64,000 nucleotides of DNA from Catajapyx aquilonaris. Taxonomy: Eukaryota. This document shows, one piece after another, positions 54,280 through 64,000 of this stretch (within the stretch, counting starts at the first letter, position 1; each line of letters opens with the position of its first letter). The stretch spans positions 62,001 to 126,000 of the forward strand of contig KZ538062.1 of the NCBI GenBank assembly GCA_000934665.2. The letters are read 5' to 3'. The notes beneath the pieces were generated by a model, which made no database searches, was not told the DNA's origin, and worked only from the letters and a program-made list of their open reading frames with translations. The position numbers and the translations under genes are program-made.

Positions 54280-57200
54280 AAATTTTTCTAAAGTAGATAA
54301 CATGGTGTCTCACATATGCTCAGTAAGAAATGATACAAAAGTTGGTTGAAAATCAACTCATTATCTTCACAGAATTGAATTACTGATTGAATGACTGGAC
54401 CTGTTTCTTCGATTTGGATCAAACAGGAATGGAGCCCCACTTTTATCTCCGAATTTGCACAAATACCTCACGGTCCTAAAATTTATTTGTTATCGACACA
54501 AAATGCCCATGAAATTGATTGAAGCGTATGAAACACGTCCCTGTGTCCGTTGTCCAGAAGGAAGCATGCGTGATACTCAATCACGCACATTATTCTGAGC
54601 TAGCCATTTAAATCGGTCTGAGTCACGTGCTTAATATTTTGAAGTACAAAAAAAAACAACATATATCTCACCCCTCCCAGTCACCTTGGCAGCCATATAA
54701 CTCGACCTTCCCTTTGCCTGCAATTCATTCACTCATTTTTGCCTCCTGTTCTAAGAAGAGGGGCAAAAAAGAGTATCTCCTTGGGTCTATTTGTTGATCT
54801 ATATGCACGCGAATTTTTTGGTCCGATAGGAATCGGCGTTCTCATGTAGACATCAGATACAGAAATGTGGCAATCGCTAATTGCAATCGCTAATTGCAAT
54901 CCAAAATGAGGACATGTTTACACGTGCCTGTTGTTCATTTAACACTGTGGACGTAACAGCTTCAACCAATGCCACTCTCGTCAAATTTTTTTCTTCTTCA
55001 ACTCTTTTCTTATCCGTCAAGTGCGTGTCTTTGAGGCGACCTTCAGGTTGAGTTAATGTTGGGGGGTCTGTTTTAAAAATGGCACACGTGTCTCCGAACT
55101 TTCTACAGTGTTTTGAGACTATATATTTTTTGGAGCCTGGGGATCTTACGTTAGTCACATATGGACAGAGCAATTATGAGTCATGCCTGCAGGATATGGC
55201 GTTTGTACTATCCTCTCAGCAAGTGCAATAAAATTGAGTCTCTTAACAGGTTGCAAACTGTTAAAAATCTGCGCCTTGCCATATGGTCCAGGTCGACAAA
55301 AAAAAAGTTTGCGGAAACCACAGGCCAACATAGTTTATTGCCATTTGAAATCAGGTGTTGTCACACTTCATAATTCATTCAGATTTATTAATATCGTCCA
55401 CCCCTTTATGTCTTCGGATGATATGCATATTAATAATGTGAATATATATGTAAATTTTTGGTACTATATCCGGGCATAGTGTGCAATATTACTGATCGAA
55501 ATATAGGAAACTGGCGTTTGGTACGTTCACCCTAGCAACAATGTAATTCCACATAATTTATCGCAACCAGAAAAGATGATAAACACGATACTTGACCACG
55601 GAAATGAATCGCTATTTCCATGTCGTTCCTTAGGTCACTCGTAGCTCATAATGAGCATTCATTTTGTCTGAAATTTGCTTTTGGCCTCGGGGCAGTCAAA
55701 AAAAACCAAATTCCTCAAAATATATGGGTCATTCCTAATAAAGTATGCCTAAATTGTGCTAGAACATCCCGGATTATGCAGAATAAAATCACAGCTGTAT
55801 ACACACATATAGCATGCCATGACGCTTCATAAAAATTTCAGCCATATTGCGCAATACTGTAGGGAGGGAAAAATCTCGATAATTTGAACAGTGCTGAGGC
55901 CTTTTTTTTGGATAATTTTTTCGGTTACTGGAAGTGGTTAAAACCCAACACTGATCAAATGAAAGAAAAACTAGAGGACTATGCGACTGTGGAATTAATG
56001 TTCTTCTAAAATGCAACCAGAAAGACCTGAGTGGCATTCATTCGGTCACATGACCAAGAATTTGGGTCCTTCAAAATTAATGGTATATTTGCAAAACTTG
56101 TCTATTATTTTCTCACGAGCCATGCATGAACCAGGCTTCAAACGAATCATATTAAAACCTTGTATTGGTCACAACTCCTGTCATCAAATATGAATGATGT
56201 CACGCAAATGCATCACTACCGTTTTGCTTTTTACCACATGTGTATATGTTGTGCTTGTGGTCTTATTACCAGCAGGATGTACGAGGAATACTGTTGTAAC
56301 GATAATAATTGTTATGAAGCAATGCATTTTGAAAGTGAATGTTACAGGACTGTGACGGTCTTTAGGCCTATATACTTTGCGTTTCGACATATATCAGCTC
56401 AGCTTAAAACTATCGTAGAAAGAACTGCGAACACAAGAAATATTTCAAAATAATAATAATAATGTAGTTCCAAACTTGGGCACCGGGGACGAATTGGTAT
56501 CTTTGATAGTAATAAATAAATCAGTTTGTGAATTATTTCAGAAACGTCTAATGTCTTCTATACATAACTTATACTCTTTATTAAACCTTGTTTGGTCCAA
56601 GTTTGGATCAGTTCTTGGCTGTTGCCGTGGTAAATTACGAACCTTCCCTCGTGATTCGTTAAAATGGCCAGATGGTATACCATGCCAACTGCCAAACAAC
56701 CCATTACGGTACAAGTTGGCCTTAGAGAAGGCGTACGAATCAGTCAAGATTAGGATGAATAATGCATTGTGAAGTTTGGAAATAGTTACCTCCTATTATT
56801 GCAATCCGTAGCCCACAAAACTGGTTATAGTATTAGATTAAAATGGGCTGATAACTTTATTATTGCAGCAATAAACGCATTTATTTTCTCATCACTCTTA
56901 GAAATTGCGCTACTATTCCCGAACTATTTCCTAATAAGACGATATCTGAGCCATGTAGTTTTATACAACTCGTCCTGATTTCGAAATTTGATGGTCATTC
57001 CATTCTTGGTAGTTTGAATGCAAAATTACGCCCATTATAAGCTCACTTGTAAATGATGGCCGTACTTACAACCATCGCTATTAGTCTCAGATAACAGATA
57101 AAAATCCAAGGCAGTAATTCTTGCCTGTCCCAATTAGTTTGAATTCCGGCATTTCCAGTTCACATTTCCTGATATTTCCTAATTGGTGAATATCTTATGG

Positions 57201-57895
57201 TATTTATTCTCAAGGTGCATTTTTATTGGGTGTATGTCGCAGGTATATGTCGTTAAGAGTAATATTTTCGGGCTATAGGATGGAAGACTTGATAATGTCC
57301 ACCTTTTTCCTTATAGACCTTCGTTAAAATGGGTGACAATGTAAGCAAATAATCGCTTCAGCATTATGCCAAATCTCAGGAATATATATTTTTCACCCAT
57401 TAAGCGCTTAAGTGAGGCGCGGCAGTATATTCTTAGTACAGCCTATATAGAGTACGTTAATTGGATCGGCCTTGTTGAAGCCTATTCGTCACGTAAATAT
57501 CTCCAAACTACTCCAGCATCAGTATATTTTCTGTGGACAATAAGCTTCTGTGCATGTCCCACATTCACCTGAAGAAAAGGCTATACGACAAATCCCCTTT
57601 ATAATGTATATCACGTAACTCATGAGAACCTGCTCTTCTATATAATAATGACGCTCAACTTTTCTTCCATCATATTCTAGTTCTAAGAAAATCAATTTTA
57701 AAAATCAGGCTTATGAGTGCACCCCCCCCCCCCTATATCTAGCATACGGTATATATTTATGCATGTGCCCTTGCACATCACAGCATAACCAAAAGTGCGA
57801 CAAGCTGGCCCATTAGCTTCAAACATGCTTACGTAAAAAGATGCATAGCAGAAAATGTTGTAGTATGAACGACGTATATATAGCTCAGGCACTTT

Positions 57896-57974
57896 TGTTT
57901 GTCATTAAGATTGTGATGGACATGTTTATCATTAATCTTGTGATGGACATGTTTATCATTAATCTTGTGATGGA
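57896..57974. repeat. 27-bp tandem repeat, ~3 copies
   Basis: Unit tgtttatcattaatcttgtgatggaca. Confidence 0.9.
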
Positions 57975-58468
57975 TATATATTTTTCGCGGGGCATTTGAA
58001 TTATTTTTCTTGCACTGACCCTTATTATTTTTTACTGCATATTTTGTCATTGTCCGTATAATGGAAAATGCTAATAATAAGAATGTGCACAGTGAATCCT
58101 ATCCACAACCTATCCCTTCCGCAAAAATATGATCTGTTCCGGGGTTTATATTGCTTCATATCCAAAATAAACTTTAGTGGAAGGTGTATCTATCTAATAA
58201 TTTTAGAGATGAAAAGCGAATAACACAGTATTGTAAATAGCTGTTCTCTTGAATTCACAATAGCGTTTCCATTTATTGCCGTTTTTTAAAAGTGGCCACA
58301 GAAAGAGCTAGGAATTTTTCAGATTTTATTTTTATATTTAGAGTCCCATATTCCTCACAAAACCACAACTTTGATGAAATTGGTATGTGGGTATCCATTT
58401 ATCCATTGTACGACGTATTTGCAGGTATTTGTATCATCCAGTTTCTTGGGTTGCAGCATGTTACAGCC

Positions 58469-58652
58469 CAAGGGGGTAATCACTCGACTGAAAAGTGTAC
58501 ACTGGAGTACCAAATTAAAGGAGTACCACGGAGTAATAAAGAGTGAGGTGCCTGAGGAGTACCACGGAGTAATAAAGAGTGAGGTGCCTGAGGAGTACCA
58601 GGGAGTACCACTCCCAGGTGTACACCGGAGTGCCGAAGTGATTACCCCCTTG
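58469..58652. mobile_element. 184-bp MITE (hAT- or P-type by 8-bp TSD)
   Basis: Perfect 16-bp TIRs CAAGGGGGTAATCACT / AGTGATTACCCCCTTG. TSD TTACAGCC at 58461-58468 and 58653-58660. Internal 36-bp tandem repeat at 58519-58600. Confidence 0.9.
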
Positions 58653-59250
58653 TTACAGCCAGTCTTTCGTATTGAATATTATTTCGTAAATGTCAGGTTT
58701 ACTAAACCGATGCATGTTCGTGCACAATTATTACAAGACTTTGAGCAAATGGAGAAAAAAAACCTCTAAAGCTGGTATTCCATTTTGCTCTGATGCAATT
58801 TACTGAAACGATTTCTGACCATATGTATCAAATGTAAGAGCTATAAAAATGAGGCCTACAATAAGTCACATCATGCAAAATCCAAAAACAGTAGGCTCTG
58901 CACACATTTCGCATGTAATTTCCTTTTTTTTCTTACTCTACGTACTATATATGAAAGTGATGTTCAATAATAATAAAACAATAAGCACTATACAATTACG
59001 GCACATGGCTGTGATATCATCTGAATCTTATCCCTTAGTTTAGTATATTAAGGCCATGTAACTGGGAAAGTCCTCCGGGCACATGCCAACTACCAATTAA
59101 AAGCCGTGCAACTAATGTCTCATCCCAGTCTCCTCATACTCCAAACAGGACTCAATCTCTGCTTATTATCGTAGTTCCTCGAAGTTATGAAGATCTACTC
59201 TTGAGGCTGCGGTGGTCCTACCTGAGCCCAATATCAGGTCAGGTTGGAAG

Positions 59251-59593
59251 AGGGAGGCGGAGTGGTGCTGCGGTAATGTATGTGCCCACGGATGTTAAGG
59301 TCCCGGGTTCGATCCCAACCCGGGGACACCCCCCTCATCTCGTGCAGAGTTCATTGGGTCACCTCTGGCTTCGTCTCGGGTGGTATTTCCTACAGACTAA
59401 ACCACCCGGGGGAGTGACTCACTAAAATTGGCCACAGCGTCAGATGCACTGCACCTTGCACATCCCCTCCTGTCATCCTGCCCGTGGGCCCGGGCGCTTC
59501 AAAATCATTGGCTCCATGTATATAATGGTTCAATAAAGGTTCCGTGTGATATACCCCCCACCGGGGGTGAAAGCACTTACCCAGGATTATTAT
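59251..59593 (+). mobile_element. tRNA-derived SINE, full length, copy 2
   Basis: A-box-like TGGTGCTGCGG, B box GGTTCGATCCC, short (TTA)n tail. 21-bp TSD AATATCAGGTCAGGTTGGAAG at 59230-59250 and 59594-59614. Confidence 0.93.
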
Positions 59594-59899
59594 AATATCA
59601 GGTCAGGTTGGAAGTCGAATCTCGCCGGGCAGGACTTGCAGATAAGACCAACCGAGATGTCAGCACCAGTCGGTGCCTTGAATAAGTAAAAGCGCCGAAA
59701 AGTCAACGCGGCGGAATAGAAAAGCTCAATGTCGAATTCACATTTTTTTTTGTTATGCACATTTAAATAAACTGTAAAAGTATACTTATTATCCACAAAA
59801 TGCGTGGGTACCTGTTGATGTGGAATAAATGCAATGGTTTTCATTTGAAATGGGTTTAAACTAATTTCATCTCCGGCCTTTCCAAGCGGCGTGTGTTGG

Positions 59900-60000
59900 C
59901 ACCCCTTCCGCCCGTTCCCTCCTCCCCTCGTGTCTCTTCTAGAAGCTTTTGTTCCAGACCACGCTCTTTCCCCTTGTCCCCGACTCCAAACCGGATCAAC
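59900..60000 (+). promoter_or_regulatory. Pyrimidine-rich TCT/5'TOP-like start region of CCT2
   Basis: CTCTTTCCCCTT at 59964-59975 and further pyrimidine tracts just upstream of the ATG, as is typical of translation-related snoRNA host genes. Confidence 0.45.
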
Positions 60001-63000
60001 ATGGTAAGAACACTCTCCGGGGGCCGCCCCTGGGCCGACCCGGGACTAGTATTAGCCAGAAAGTAACATGGTTATGGTTGAGAAAGAAAAGGTTGAGTCA
60101 TCTTTCTTCCGGAATGGTCCGCCGGGCGTGGTCCGCACTCCCCAATTTGGTCATGTTCTACGCTCGATTATTAACATGGGGGGAGAAAAGAAAAACCTTC
60201 CTGCACAAACCAGAACCTCGCCTGACTCCGAGCTTCTTGGCCCTGCTTAGGTGGGGCCAGGGGCAGGAGGTTGAAGGCGCAGGTAGTGCCTCAAAAGGGA
60301 AGGAGATTAATGCCTTCCATTTTTAATGGAAGGCTCCGGTGTTCTTTGTGGGCCCCTGCGGTAGACCTCTATCTTTATGTCTGGTTGCAGTCGGCCTGGG
60401 GAACGCCGAACAATGATTTAAGTGCAATCAGTATAATTACCGTTAATCTATAGCGTATTTTCATAGTCACAAGCTAATAATTACAATAAACACCAATAGT
60501 TATAGTATATTAATAATAGTTACAATATATCACATTGTAATCAGAACTAATATATAATAGTTATAATTATTTTAGTATTTATTATTTTTATTTATTATTT
60601 TTACTAGCAGGTTACCCGGTGTTGCCCGGGTATGTTGGGGTGCTGGTAAAGATAGGGGTACATATCTGTGATAGATTACCTGCTTGTCTTAGAGCGTACA
60701 GTCGACACGGATATTCTGATTGGATGTGTAAAAGGCGGAATGCGGATGGAGTTGGCCCAGGAAAAGACTGCACAGCCATGTGTTTTTCCCCTGCATTTTT
60801 GACCCCTTGACCCTCCCCTCCCCCCCAACCCCACTTCACACCCCCACCTCGTTCTATATGTTTGCTCTGGATAACTTTAGAAATGTACGCACAGATGTAT
60901 TATGGGAAATTTTGTTTTCAACACGGAGTAATATAAAGTGGTGCTGCGGGAACGTCGGGTTCGATGCCAGCCCGGGGTTCCCTCCTTCATGCCGTGCAGA
61001 GTTGGGTCGTCTCTGGCTTCGTTTCGGGTGGAATCTCTTCAGACTAATCCACCTGGTGGAGTTCACAAAATACACCGCTTGAGAATTGCACTTGCACCTT
61101 GCACATCCCCTCCCAGTCACCCTGCCCGTGGGCCCGGGCGCTACGTCAAAAAGGTTCCATCGAGACAAAATAAAGGTTCCCTCCCTGCGGTACGATGCAG
61201 GGAGGTAAATAGCTAAAAAAAGATAGGCATGTCCATGGGAATGCAAATTGATTTATTGCTATTGATGTAAGCTAATTGTTGAGGCAGGAATATGCGTGTT
61301 GTGGGAGTTAGGTACATTTTTGGAAGCTGAAACATGCGGCGTTAGATTCCTTGGAAAAAGTAACCCCCGATATGCTAATTTAAGGCGGTGTAAGGGCCTT
61401 CCCCTGGATTTCTATAAGGGACAAACATCCAAACTTCCTTATTTATAGATATAGAGATTATTTATTTTTATTATATTTTAATATATTTATTATTATATTA
61501 TTTTTGTTTCTGAGGTGAGCAGGGGTGGGGGGTGGGACGGGTTGATTTTAGGTTTATACTCACATGAGTTTTATTAGTTCATATGTTGGGGTAGCTTGCG
61601 TCTCCCTTCATCGCTGACTACCCCTCATAGGGAAATGTCATGATGACGTTGTTGTTGTTGTATAATTATTACTATGTAATAGTTATATAATATGAATAAA
61701 ATAATTTGACTGTATTTACAGGTATCCCTAAACCCAGTGCGTGTTTTAAAGCAAGAGGCGGAGGAGGAGAAGGCGGAGATAGCTCGCCTGTCGTCCTTTG
61801 TGGGCGCAATTGCTATAGGGGACCTGGTAAAGAGCACTCTTGGCCCCAAGGGGATGGATAAGATCCTTGTGGGTTTGGGTCGGCATAACCAGGGTGAGGT
61901 GGAGGTGACCAACGATGGGGCCACTATCCTGAAGGCTATTGGGGTGGACAACCCGGCAGCTAAGGTTCTGGTGGATATGAGTCGGGTGCAGGATGATGAG
62001 GTTGGGGATGGGACCACCTCGGTTACGGTGCTGGCTTCTGAGCTGCTCAGAGAGGCGGAGAAGCTCATCGACATGAAGCTCCATCCTCAGACTATTATTG
62101 CTGGGTGGAGGAAGTCCACTGACGTTGCCAGGCAGGCCTTGGAGGATGCATCTAAGGATAACAGGTATGTGAAGCCAGCAAGTACCACAGTGAGACATGA
62201 AAAGATGCTAATCATTGACTTGTATACAATCTTGGCAGTTCTGATGATGCAAAGTTCCGTGAAGATCTTCTGAACATTGCCCGCACGACCCTGTCCTCGA
62301 AGATCCTTTCTCAGCACAAGGATCATTTCTCGACTCTGGCAGTGGAGGCAGTTTTGCGGTTGAAAGGCTGCTTCAATTTGGATGCGATTCAAATCCTGAA
62401 GCAACGTGGGGGCACCCTGGATGACTCCTACTTGGACGCTGGTTTTCTCTTGCCCAAGAGCATTGGCGTTAATCAACCAAAGAGGGTAGAGAAGGCCAAG
62501 ATCCTCATTGCCAACACGCCAATGGACACAGACAAGATCAAGGTGTTTGGATCCCGTGTCCGGGCCGAGTCCACTGCGCAGGTGGCTCAGCTGGAGATTG
62601 CTGAAAAGGAGAAGATGAAACAGAAGGTTCAGAAGATACTCAAGCATGGTTGCACCGTCTTCATCAACAGGTGAGAGCACAGCATTGCTGACAATTTCAA
62701 CCTTCCCGCACAACCAGAATCCCACAGGACTCCTTGTTCCCTGGTTTCGTGACTTGCTTTTTCAAAGTGGGTCTGAAGCCAGGTGCGGGAGGGTGACAGT
62801 GTGGATAGTGCGTCAAAGGAAGGAGATTATTGTGCTTTTAAAGTGCGCTAGTGCTCCTCTATGGGCCCCCATGGTGGACCTCTATCTTTATGTCCGGTTG
62901 TGGAAGGCCTCGAGAGCGCTGGACAGTTGCTTCGTATAATAATTGCTGTTGATTAAAATAACCCAATGCAACATCGCTAATTTTGTCAAACATTCAACAG

Positions 63001-64000
63001 ACAACTGATCTACAACTACCCAGAGCAGCTGTTTGCCGATGCAGGTGTGATGGCTATTGAGCATGCGGACTTTGATGGCATTGAGCGTCTTGCACTGGTG
63101 ACTGGTGGTGAAATTGTGTCTACCTTCGACAATCCTGACCATGTTAAGCTGGGGCAATGTGATGTAATTGAGGAGGTACTGTCATTTAAATTCTTGTACA
63201 TGTTTTGGGCCTAGGTGATGATGATGGTGTTTGTTAATTTGTACTGACTTTCAGGTGATGATTGGAGAAGACAAGCTGATCAAGTTCAGTGGGGTGGCCA
63301 TGGGAGAAGCCTGCTCCATAGTTATTCGAGGTGCAACACAGCAAATCCTGGATGAAGCAGAAAGATCTCTTCATGACGCCTTGTGTGTGCTGGCATCAAC
63401 TGTCAAGGAGACGCGAATTGTGTATGGCGGAGGTCAGTATTTCCTCTAGGTATATTTGTTGCGATGACTTAATTGCTCATTGTTAAACTTTGCAGGTTGC
63501 AGTGAAATGCTGATGGCAAATGCAGTGACCAAGGCTGCCTTGGAGACTCCTGGTAAGGAAGCTGTGGCCATGGAGGCGTTTGCGAAGGCTCTTCAGATGC
63601 TGCCAAGGATCATTGCGGACAATGCAGGATATGACTCGGCACAACTGGTGGCTGAGCTTAGAGCGGTGCACAACAAGGGAGATTGCACCATGGGGCTAAG
63701 TGAGTTTGATTTCATTTCTTCACGGCCTCACAAGCCTTGGAAGCCAACTTGATTCTCAAAAAAATCTATGAATTGTGAATAGCCTGAGTGTGATGATGGA
63801 ACATCCCAAAACATTCATACAAGTATTATTCCACAATCTCTTGACATATTTCAGACATGGATGAGGGTAAGGTGGACTGCATGTCTAAGCTGGGAGTGAC
63901 TGAGTCTTATGCTGTGAAGCGCCAAGTGCTGGTCTCAGCTTCCGAGGCTGCAGAAATGATTCTCCGTGTGGACAGCATCATCAAGAGTGCTCCACGCAGG
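60001..64000 (+). CDS. CCT2: T-complex protein 1 subunit beta (chaperonin CCT2), 3'-truncated by the window
   Basis: Exons 60001-60003 (ATG only), 61722-62164, 62239-62670, 63001-63175, 63255-63432, 63496-63699, 63855->64000. Motifs [47 protein letters not shown]. Confidence 0.98.
60195..60415 (+). ncRNA. Intronic box H/ACA-type RNA, copy 1 (CCT2 intron 1)
   Basis: CCTTCC/GGAAGG basal stem, H box AGATTA 60304-60309, internal hairpin GCCTTCCAT/ATGGAAGGC, 3' hairpin CGGTGTTC/GAACGCCG, ACA 60410-60412 plus 3 nt. Paralog at 62700-62928. Confidence 0.8.
60604..61457 (-). mobile_element. Non-autonomous Helitron (854 bp) in CCT2 intron 1
   Basis: - strand begins A|TCTCTATATCTATAAATAAGG and ends with a hairpin (ACCCGG/CCGGGT, 60614-60631) then CTAG|T. 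Inserted at AT in AT-rich DNA with no TSD. Confidence 0.8.
60923..61220 (+). mobile_element. tRNA-derived SINE, diverged copy 3, nested in the Helitron
   Basis: Shares GGGTTCGAT, CTCTGGCTTCGT.TCGGGTGG, TTGCACATCCCCTCC and CCTGCCCGTGGGCCCGGGCG with the other two copies. It has a deletion in the tRNA head and a different 3' tail, and no TSD is visible. Confidence 0.85.
62700..62928 (+). ncRNA. Intronic box H/ACA-type RNA, copy 2 (CCT2 intron 3)
   Basis: CCTTCC/GGAAGG basal stem, H box AGATTA 62824-62829, internal hairpin TGTGCTTT/AAAGTGCG, 3' hairpin CTAGTGCTC/GAGCGCTGG, ACA 62923-62925 plus 3 nt. Ends ~72 nt before the 3' splice site. Confidence 0.82.

Noticed and set aside
58519..58600. 36-bp repeats of CRISPR-like length
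   Set aside because: Head-to-tail repeats without spacers, inside a MITE, in eukaryotic DNA with no cas genes.
60195..60415. Telomerase RNA or SNORA13/snR35-type guide interpretation of the H/ACA RNAs
   Set aside because: No CCUAA-type template or pseudoknot domain. GTCAAA occurs only in copy 2, and the matching 5' guide arm (GUGUU) for the 18S site is absent.
60646..60657. GTAAAGATAGGG could pair with the invariant H/ACA loop (with two G-U pairs)
   Set aside because: It lies within the Helitron, and a U-rich 12-mer with wobble pairs is plausible by chance.
61625..62725. Long antisense ORFs (149, 150, 212 aa)
   Set aside because: Shadows of CCT2 coding exons.
63176..63254. GTGATGA...CTGA resembling a C/D snoRNA
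   Set aside because: The boxes are too close together and CTGAC is the likely branch point of a 79-nt intron.
63700..63854. Hairpin ATGAAT/ATTCAT followed by ACA in the last visible CCT2 intron
   Set aside because: The 5' hairpin is weak and abuts the donor site, and the H box would be only an A run. Not supportable without a covariance search.

Overview
Eukaryotic genomic DNA, rich in spliceosomal introns and about 40% GC, from an invertebrate (most likely an arthropod, but the taxon cannot be fixed from the sequence). A compact cluster at 3-30 kb holds an FGF (+), a proline-rich double-SH3 adaptor (+), a peptide-type rhodopsin GPCR (-), an ACC-synthase-like PLP enzyme (+), a DRAM/TMEM150 protein (-) and a PNT+ETS factor of ELF3/ELF5/EHF type (-). 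A ~29 kb non-coding interval follows, then CCT2 (+), which runs off the window end. Mobile DNA: three copies of a tRNA-derived SINE (two with intact TSDs), an 854-bp non-autonomous Helitron and a 184-bp MITE with an 8-bp TSD. Most interesting: (1) two paralogous ~225-nt, three-domain box H/ACA-type RNAs in CCT2 introns, with compensatory stem changes, an invariant 12-nt loop and no canonical guide pocket; (2) an FGF with an N-terminal Cys cluster in place of a signal peptide; (3) a 102-codon in-frame open extension after the DRAM TGA stop; (4) a highly structured H/ACA-like segment in an intron of the SH3 gene. All gene models and folds were derived by hand and need computational or transcript confirmation.
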